Shown here: positions 57,515-64,000 of the stretch, piece after piece
Layout: each line of letters begins with the position of its first letter
Numbering within the stretch: the first letter of the stretch is position 1
IMG/VR virus record: IMGVR_UViG_3300025679_000005
Source: a virus
Taxonomy: Duplodnaviria > Caudoviricetes
DNA length: 64,000 bases
Reading direction: 5' to 3' (one strand)
Made by a program: the position numbers and the translations under genes
Notes under the pieces: generated by a model
The model's input: only the letters and a program-made list of their open reading frames with translations
Databases searched by the model: none
What the model was told of the DNA's origin: nothing

Positions 57515-59245
57515 ATGACCGCCACTGCTCTAATCCAGTTAACGCAAGCTACCAACATTGGTCCGAACGGCCAGTCCCTGATTGGCGTTGTCGGGACCGC
57601 TGTGACGCTTTCGAATACGGACAACACGGGTGTGGCTTCCTGGCAAATAGACCTTGTCTACGCGGATCCCTCTAGTGCCCTAGTCCCAGCCACACCCTAT
57701 GCTTTCAACAATTCTAGTGCCACACCTACCCTAACCTTCACTCCTGATGTGTCGGGTTGCTATCGCCTCGTCCTAAAGGTGTGGGGTGTGGCCAATCGTG
57801 TGGGTACTCCTACGGACTTGGACATCCGTATCTTTGGGGTAAAGGAAGCCAACGGAACTCTGGTACCTCCGGCTCAGGTATTCCCTCAGCCTTTGCCTGT
57901 GCCCGCCTCTGGTAAGCCGGGGGCCAAGCCATCGGAGTACAACTTCGATGGCGTCCCGAACGGCGCTGGCTGGGCGGGGAATGGGTCCAATGATGGATTG
58001 TTGAACAACACTCTCAGGATAGTTGATGCGATCAACACCAAAAGCACACACACTCTATACGTGGACGTGGACACAACGGTGCCGTTCGCTCTTCAAACAG
58101 GCAGTAAGGGTCTACCGTTTTCAAGCATTGACGACGCCTTTTCACTGATAGGCTCAAACTCTGGCACGGCTACTAATTGGTATGTCATGGTCGGGCCTGG
58201 ACAGTACCCCTCATCGGGTACCACGATCAATGGCGGAAATGGTACGATCTGTAGGAACATCTGGGTTGAGGGCTCTAAGGGAACTGTCCTTGGTAGTGGG
58301 GGGTCTAACACTTTCTACTGGTCGTCCTCAGAGGCCGCTAACAACACACTGTCTTTCAGCAACCTGACCCTCAACATCAAGCTAGATGCGTTTGCTAGTA
58401 CGACTGAGTCGGGTGTGACGCACACCATCGAATTCCACAATGTCATTGCTACTGCTGGCACCATTCACACAGACTTCACAAGTGACCCCGTCCTAATTTT
58501 GGCCTATGGGACGATGGCTGCTAACCCGACCAACACATACATCAGCACTACTTGTCAGTTCGGAGAGATTAGGGCCACGACTGGCAATATTATTTTGAGA
58601 GGTTCCAGCTTCAACAGTATCGAAACTGCCACTGATACTGGGGAGATCATCTGCCAGGACTGCTATTGCCCGTCTACTACCACATCGGATGGCATCTATT
58701 CCCACAATATCACATTGGGGAACACTCTGTTCGCGGGTACGATCGGAGCTACTGTCCAGATAAACACAGGATTCACCACATTCGGTGCGCTGACTATAGA
58801 CAGCCCGACTTTTGCATCAATCGTCGCGCACAACGTAGCCGTCAACAATGGCTTCAACAATATCCGTAGCTTGTACGGAGATGAGCTGGCCATTGAGGGC
58901 GCCACACTTCAGATCACCTCAACGGGCACGGTCCCGTTAGTGACCCTAGATATTAGGGGCCTGCCCTCTGAGGTCGCCATTGCCGTTCGCGCTGTTGTGG
59001 CTGCTTTCTCCACAGGGTACACGAGCATCTATGAGTGGGAGGCAATATTCCTGAAAACCAGCGGTAGCGTGTCTGTAGGAGGTCAAGGAGCCGGGAACTC
59101 CGGCTCCAATGGAAAGTACGGTAATAACGCCTCCACCCTGAACTTCTCTTCGAATTCTAACAACATTGTCCTGAGTGAGTTTTGCGCCAGTTCTCAGAAC
59201 TTCTCCTGGCACACGGTATTGTACTTCTCGTTCTCTCACTCTTAA
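57515..59245 (+). CDS. Tail fibre/spike-like protein with PKD-like N-terminus and beta-helix
   Basis: LTFTPDVSGCYRLVLKV PKD-like motif; LYVDVD...GSKGLPFSSIDDA...VMVGPGQY is a typical entry to a right-handed beta-helix. Confidence 0.55.
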   Translation: MTATALIQLTQATNIGPNGQSLIGVVGTAVTLSNTDNTGVASWQIDLVYADPSSALVPATPYAFNNSSATPTLTFTPDVSGCYRLVLKVWGVANRVGTPTDLDIRIFGVKEANGTLVPPAQVFPQPLPVPASGKPGAKPSEYNFDGVPNGAGWAGNGSNDGLLNNTLRIVDAINTKSTHTLYVDVDTTVPFALQTGSKGLPFSSIDDAFSLIGSNSGTATNWYVMVGPGQYPSSGTTINGGNGTICRNIWVEGSKGTVLGSGGSNTFYWSSSEAANNTLSFSNLTLNIKLDAFASTTESGVTHTIEFHNVIATAGTIHTDFTSDPVLILAYGTMAANPTNTYISTTCQFGEIRATTGNIILRGSSFNSIETATDTGEIICQDCYCPSTTTSDGIYSHNITLGNTLFAGTIGATVQINTGFTTFGALTIDSPTFASIVAHNVAVNNGFNNIRSLYGDELAIEGATLQITSTGTVPLVTLDIRGLPSEVAIAVRAVVAAFSTGYTSIYEWEAIFLKTSGSVSVGGQGAGNSGSNGKYGNNASTLNFSSNSNNIVLSEFCASSQNFSWHTVLYFSFSHS

Positions 59246-59328
59246 CCAGGGGCTGCCTAAATTTAGATGCTGACGCTTGCTAAATACCAGACTGTCGAAC
59301 AGCCTCCAGGCCTTCAAATGGGGCGCTT

Positions 59329-62300
59329 GTGAGCGGCTTTGCAGGTTCCGGATGGGGTGAAGGGCCCTGGGGCGGAAGTACGCTCGATGATGTCAGTAGT
59401 GGCAGCACAATCGACGTAGTCAGTGGGGACACGCTTACGATCACAGACTCCTACAGCGTCCCTCTTCGTGTACAGGACGCCGTAGGGACAACGAAATTCT
59501 CGGTAAGGGTAGATTTCTCTCAAGACCTCGACATTACATACCCAGCGCTGTCTCTGACTTCGAACTACACCATCCCTGGGCTGACAGTTCTAAGTGTCAC
59601 GATCCTAAGCCTCTCCCAGGTGCTACTGGCGACAACTCCAGCCCAGCTACCGATCATTTATACGGTCACCGTCGGGGATGCTGTCTCCCTCAATGGGGAT
59701 ATCCTAGGTGTGGATGACCATGCCGACTTCAATGGCTTCATTCTAATCCCCACTTTCTTGGCAGGGGCTGAATCTTCGACGAAGGTAGAACTGATCTTCT
59801 CCACGGCGATGACGGTTAATTCCGCCCTCACGTCGACCGCCAGCTACAAGATTCAGGCAACAGACGGGGATGCCATCATTCCCATCCTGTCAGCTGCTGT
59901 TTCGGGCCCTTTGCCTCGTCAAAGGGTTACCCTTATATTGGGTACTCCCCTGACTTCGAAACAGTACTACGCGGTAACTGTCGCAAATACCGTGACTGAC
60001 GTCTTGGGCTTAAACGTAGTCCCCAACATGTACATCATGCAATGGGCTGATATGACTCAGCCTGTTTTCATTGCACCTCTTGAAATACCAGTCAAGGACT
60101 TTTCAGGGGAAATACATGGGGGTCTTCTAGGCAATCCCGATGGTCAGGTCTTCTTCTCGCCTGCGTTTGAGACGGTCGGAGCGACCTCGACGATCGAGCT
60201 TGAGCAGCTATCGGTCTGTACCAAAGCTTACGACGAATACACGATTCCCGCTCCCCCTGACCCCATCCCGTTGATGACCTTCTCTCCTGGGTCTCAGTCT
60301 GTCATTGGGCCTAGCACAGTTCTGTGGGCTCCTGCGTGGCGGCTAGGTCAGGTTCAGATGACCTTGGGACGCAACGAGGTGGACCAGATACAGTCAGCTA
60401 ATGATGGGCCTGTCTATGGAACTCTGGTAGAGACCATCGATATCACTAGGGCCTCGTTCTTGAATGATTCGCGTTGGAGCACCTTCCCCGGCTCTATCGC
60501 ATTTAGGACTGCAGACAACAAGACTAGCATAGGCCCAGGGCCGACTTCGTTACGAACTCTGGATTGGCCAAAGATTGTCATTGGCGATGAGATTGACATC
60601 GACGACGATGTCAATCTAAGAAGTGGTCTAGACCCACTGCTCAATGACGTAATCTCTGTCTCAGACGTGGTAACCACAGGTGTCCTAGCTGTTGATATCG
60701 AAGACGTTGTCAATGTGTCGGATGTGCTCACACCTACCACCCAATACGTTAGGTTCGCGAACGACAGCGTTTTCACAACGGACGTTGCTGAGACCGCGAT
60801 CCAAACTTACAATATCATTGCTTCGGACGCAATAGACATTTCTTCGGACTCGATCAGCCGCACTACGTTCCAGGTCTTTAGTGTGGCCACCAACGACACA
60901 GTATCGACTTCGGACTCGATCAGCCTCACTACGTCCCGGGTCTTTAGTGTGGTTGCCAACGACACAGTATCGACTTCGGACTCGATCACGATCGGATCTG
61001 TCATTGACATATTCATGTTGGATTCGGTTTCGATCACGGACTCGATCACTATCGTATCCCACGGAATCATTGACAAGTCAGGGTCGGATTCGATTTCGAT
61101 CACAGATTCAACGATCAGCGACAACGGACTCGTATCCCAAGTGTTGCAGGTCTCCGGCAACAAGCTGGTGAATTCGCAGGGGCAGACGGTGATCCTGCGC
61201 GGCTTCTCATTCTCGTCAACCGAGACTAGGCCGGTGCAGACCTCGACATTCTACGAGCCAATCGCTCCGACGATTGCAGGATTGGGGGCGCGTGCAGGTG
61301 CGAACTTTATGCGTATCCCGCTCAACCAAGCCGCATGGCTTGGCACGGTCACGAACGCTGGGATCTCCGGCGCACCGTACCGCAGTGCTATAGTAAATCT
61401 CGTAGCTCAGGTGCGTGCATATGGGCTGTATGCTTTGGTCGATCTGCACTGGAACGACCCGCAACCCACAGCCTCGTTTACGCCTAATGCTGCCGCTCAA
61501 CAGGTTATGGCTAACCGGGACGCGACTGGTGGCACCACGGACTCGCGAGCATTCTGGACCTCGGTCGCCAACACGTTCAAGTCTGATACAGGTGTCATCT
61601 TTGATCTCTACAACGAGCCCCATGATATTACGTGGGCGCAGTGGCTCAGTGGTGGAGCGACGCAAACGAACTACCTGAGCGATGCCTCAGGCACTCTAGC
61701 GTTCTCATGGACGACCGCGGGTATGCAGGAACTGCTGAACGCGGTTCGCGCTACGGGCGCTACGAACGTCTGTGTCGCCAATGGCATCGGCTGGGCCAAC
61801 GCGCTAGGTCAAGACGAATACGACACTACTGGCAACCCTTCGCTAGGCTGGCTCTCGCACAAACCAACAGACGCGACAGGCAATCTAATGGCCGGCTGCC
61901 ATCTCTATTCAGGGCAGCCTTATTCAAGCATACCAGCTACAGCAGATCAACCCTTCTCAACAACAGCGGCTGCGGCAGTGCTTACCGTCGCTGCCTCCTA
62001 TCCTGTCTTGATTGGCGAGTACGGCGACAAGGTCGGCTCGCTCATTCCCTACGCCCCAGCGTTGCTTGAATGGGCGGAGCGCAACGGCCTCTCGCACGCG
62101 GCTTGGACATTTAACAACTTTGGTGATCCAGAGAACGTCTTGCTGACGGCCTACAACGCTAGCACGCAGCCATACGAAGTCGTGCCGAATGCTGGTGAAG
62201 GTGCCTTCGTGCTTCCGTACATCCGAGCCCGCCGAAGAATCACAATTCCAAATACGAATATCAGTGCAGGCCAGCCGATCTTCGCCAGTTCGAGCACCGG

Positions 62301-63357
62301 GTCAGCAGTTACCAGAATCACTCAGAGCAACTGGGATGGTAACGATTGGAGATCTTCTGGATATCCTGCATCAGTATCGCTAGATCTTTCAGCAGTCACT
62401 GCGTCGAAGCGCACAAATATCGCGCTTGCAATGTCCAATTCAAATTACCAAGGTGATTCATCTACTTTCGTTTCCCCAACATATAGCGCTTGGAGCGACT
62501 ACAAAATTCAAGGCAATGCAGGAGCTGGAGGCGGGTCGGTGCCTGGCTCGGGCTGGGTAGACATTTTGTCTGTGACCGGTAATAAACAGAGATCACGTTC
62601 GCATCGGCTATTATTCGCGGCCGCGGTCGGCGGCACTCCGTACAACTGGCTTCGTGTACTGTTTACTGCTGGAAATAGCCAGAATGACCCTGGCAATTCG
62701 GACGCCTCGCTGAATTTGCTCGATGTGAGCGATGTGAGCGCGGGCAACTATAGCAGCTGGTTCATGATGGGTGATTCCATCCTCAGCCAGACCGTGCGCG
62801 CAGACGGCACGGGATTTGGGGCAGCGTACAAATCACGGTACTCCGGATTTCCAGCATTATTCGAAATCAACGGTGCGCCAGGATACAAGGCATCCGATTT
62901 TGCTTCTGGAGGCTCATACAACACTCAATGGCTCGCCTATCTGAACGGGACCGCATGTCAAAACGTATACATCGCTTTCGGGACGAATGATGCAAGTCCG
63001 GGTGTTGCTGCGACATTCGACTCGAACATGCGAGAACTGATCAACAACTGTCTTAGCCACGGTCTTATACCCTGGGTTCCTACGATTCCGTGGTCTACAA
63101 ATAGCACACGCAATACTAACGCCACTCCGCTAAACGCCAAGATCGCTCAGATCTACACCGACTATGGTGGAGTCGTATTCAAAGGGCCTGACTGGTGGAC
63201 GTTCTACCAATCCGGAATTCTTACATCGGACGAAATTCACCCAGTCGATCATTATCCTGAAGTAGCGGCAGAGCTTGCGCGCGTACTTGGGTTGCGCGCG
63301 CTTCCAGGTGCGAGTGCTGATAATTGGACGCCTCCCACCATTGATTTGAGCGCCTAA
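59329..63357 (+). CDS. Virion-associated appendage protein with GH5 glycoside hydrolase and SGNH/GDSL esterase domains
   Basis: GWGEGPWG start, Ig-like domains and repeat stalk. GH5 motifs: MRIPLN, DLHW, FDLYNEP (E at 61615), IGEYG (E at 62017). SGNH motifs: GDS (62770), GTND (62980), DEIH (63229). Confidence 0.8.
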   Translation: MSGFAGSGWGEGPWGGSTLDDVSSGSTIDVVSGDTLTITDSYSVPLRVQDAVGTTKFSVRVDFSQDLDITYPALSLTSNYTIPGLTVLSVTILSLSQVLLATTPAQLPIIYTVTVGDAVSLNGDILGVDDHADFNGFILIPTFLAGAESSTKVELIFSTAMTVNSALTSTASYKIQATDGDAIIPILSAAVSGPLPRQRVTLILGTPLTSKQYYAVTVANTVTDVLGLNVVPNMYIMQWADMTQPVFIAPLEIPVKDFSGEIHGGLLGNPDGQVFFSPAFETVGATSTIELEQLSVCTKAYDEYTIPAPPDPIPLMTFSPGSQSVIGPSTVLWAPAWRLGQVQMTLGRNEVDQIQSANDGPVYGTLVETIDITRASFLNDSRWSTFPGSIAFRTADNKTSIGPGPTSLRTLDWPKIVIGDEIDIDDDVNLRSGLDPLLNDVISVSDVVTTGVLAVDIEDVVNVSDVLTPTTQYVRFANDSVFTTDVAETAIQTYNIIASDAIDISSDSISRTTFQVFSVATNDTVSTSDSISLTTSRVFSVVANDTVSTSDSITIGSVIDIFMLDSVSITDSITIVSHGIIDKSGSDSISITDSTISDNGLVSQVLQVSGNKLVNSQGQTVILRGFSFSSTETRPVQTSTFYEPIAPTIAGLGARAGANFMRIPLNQAAWLGTVTNAGISGAPYRSAIVNLVAQVRAYGLYALVDLHWNDPQPTASFTPNAAAQQVMANRDATGGTTDSRAFWTSVANTFKSDTGVIFDLYNEPHDITWAQWLSGGATQTNYLSDASGTLAFSWTTAGMQELLNAVRATGATNVCVANGIGWANALGQDEYDTTGNPSLGWLSHKPTDATGNLMAGCHLYSGQPYSSIPATADQPFSTTAAAAVLTVAASYPVLIGEYGDKVGSLIPYAPALLEWAERNGLSHAAWTFNNFGDPENVLLTAYNASTQPYEVVPNAGEGAFVLPYIRARRRITIPNTNISAGQPIFASSSTGSAVTRITQSNWDGNDWRSSGYPASVSLDLSAVTASKRTNIALAMSNSNYQGDSSTFVSPTYSAWSDYKIQGNAGAGGGSVPGSGWVDILSVTGNKQRSRSHRLLFAAAVGGTPYNWLRVLFTAGNSQNDPGNSDASLNLLDVSDVSAGNYSSWFMMGDSILSQTVRADGTGFGAAYKSRYSGFPALFEINGAPGYKASDFASGGSYNTQWLAYLNGTACQNVYIAFGTNDASPGVAATFDSNMRELINNCLSHGLIPWVPTIPWSTNSTRNTNATPLNAKIAQIYTDYGGVVFKGPDWWTFYQSGILTSDEIHPVDHYPEVAAELARVLGLRALPGASADNWTPPTIDLSA
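60842..60988 (+). repeat. 66-bp tandem repeat (about 2.2 copies) in stalk region
   Basis: CTTCGGACTCGATCA recurs at 60842, 60908 and 60974 with near-identical intervening units. Confidence 0.85.
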
Positions 63358-63446
63358 TGTCTGGCCTCAGTTCACGTATATGGCCTGATTGGCTTTAGGG
63401 GTGCCCTGTTCTCTTTATGGGAAGCCTCTTGTGAAAACGAGAGGAT

Positions 63447-64000
63447 ATGAGCATGAAGATGACCGAGCAGACCCCCAAGCCGCGGAACCAGGTATCCTCA
63501 GCCTTCGCTGTGCGTCCCGCCGACAACTTTGGCGAAAAAGGCTATTACATTCGCGGGGATGTCTTCTTCAAGATGCACGATGGAAAGACCGGAGAACTCC
63601 AATGGGAGTCGGAACTCCGGAATCTTGTGGTCATGGACGCCTCAATTCTCATCGCCCGGCTGATGAAGGACAACCAGGAGGTCCCCCATGGCGTGTTTGC
63701 CCTGGCTGTGGGCTCCGGAGACAGCGGTTGGAACGTGATGTCTCCTCCAGCTCCGACCAGCACCCAAAGGGCGTTGTATTCGGAAATAACGCGAAAGACT
63801 TTCTCGGACACTCAATTCGTGGATGGCAACGGTGTTCCAGTAGCCTACCCCACCAAAGTTGTCGACTTCACTACGAATTTCACAGAATCCGAAGCGGTCG
63901 GGCCATTGGTCGAAATGGGCCTCCTCGGCGGCAACGTCAGCACTAACCTCTCTGTCAGGGATCCGGTCACCCCTCCAAACGGAACCTACGATTCCACAGT
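63447..64000 (+). CDS. Tail-collar/fibre-attachment-like protein, runs off the window end
   Basis: GAGGA RBS and ATG 63447; open to the end (absent from the ORF track because it has no stop): FALAVGSGD...QRALYSEITRK...FTESEAVGPLVEMGLLGG. Confidence 0.65.
   Translation, partial: MSMKMTEQTPKPRNQVSSAFAVRPADNFGEKGYYIRGDVFFKMHDGKTGELQWESELRNLVVMDASILIARLMKDNQEVPHGVFALAVGSGDSGWNVMSPPAPTSTQRALYSEITRKTFSDTQFVDGNGVPVAYPTKVVDFTTNFTESEAVGPLVEMGLLGGNVSTNLSVRDPVTPPNGTYDST

Noticed and set aside
51497-61000. Diversity-generating retroelement TR/VR pair in fibre genes
   Set aside because: No reverse transcriptase is present. Repeats are adjacent and in-frame, and are either identical or differ at non-adenine positions.
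835-63811. Numerous minus-strand and alternate-frame ORFs (60-365 aa) in the track
   Set aside because: They overlap well-supported plus-strand genes, lack motifs, and are expected antisense shadows in GC-rich, biased coding DNA.
63389-63946. 185-aa ORF in the track
   Set aside because: Shadow frame. The real gene starts at 63447 in another frame and runs off the window.
1-64000. tRNA, rRNA or structured ncRNA genes
   Set aside because: Intergenic gaps are short, and no cloverleaf or rRNA signatures were recognised by eye. A tRNAscan-SE/Infernal run would be needed to exclude them.

Overview
This 64-kb window is the virion-morphogenesis (late) region of a large contractile-tailed (myovirus-type, probably jumbo) phage. 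Every credible gene is on the + strand, and many overlap at ATGA/TGATG/TAATG junctions. The order is neck/head-completion genes, tail terminator, a 1421-aa sheath, tube, two chaperone-like genes, tape measure, two tube initiators, hub, spike, giant baseplate proteins, gp25-like/J-like/I-like wedge, then fibres and appendages. No capsid, portal, terminase, tRNA, rRNA or CRISPR is visible. The best candidate for an undescribed system is at 1-2235: a putative neck protein gene is fractured into two ORFs carrying the halves of an atypically split intein (33-aa IntN, 137-aa IntC, Ser1 and Ser+1), with a free-standing Vsr-like endonuclease coupled between them. If this is real, virion assembly needs protein trans-splicing. 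Other notable items are an actin-fold ATPase and a Dps-like protein in the neck module, and a GH5 glycanase + SGNH esterase on a repeat stalk. There is also a CHAP/NlpC-like domain inserted in a baseplate protein, six endonuclease loci (two reduced by internal deletion), apparently leaderless promoters for accessory genes, and a bacterial-looking methyltransferase + truncated IS1 patch between sheath and tube. That patch sits near apparent indels, so it could be an assembly chimera. All product calls come from motif recognition and synteny by eye; no searches were run.
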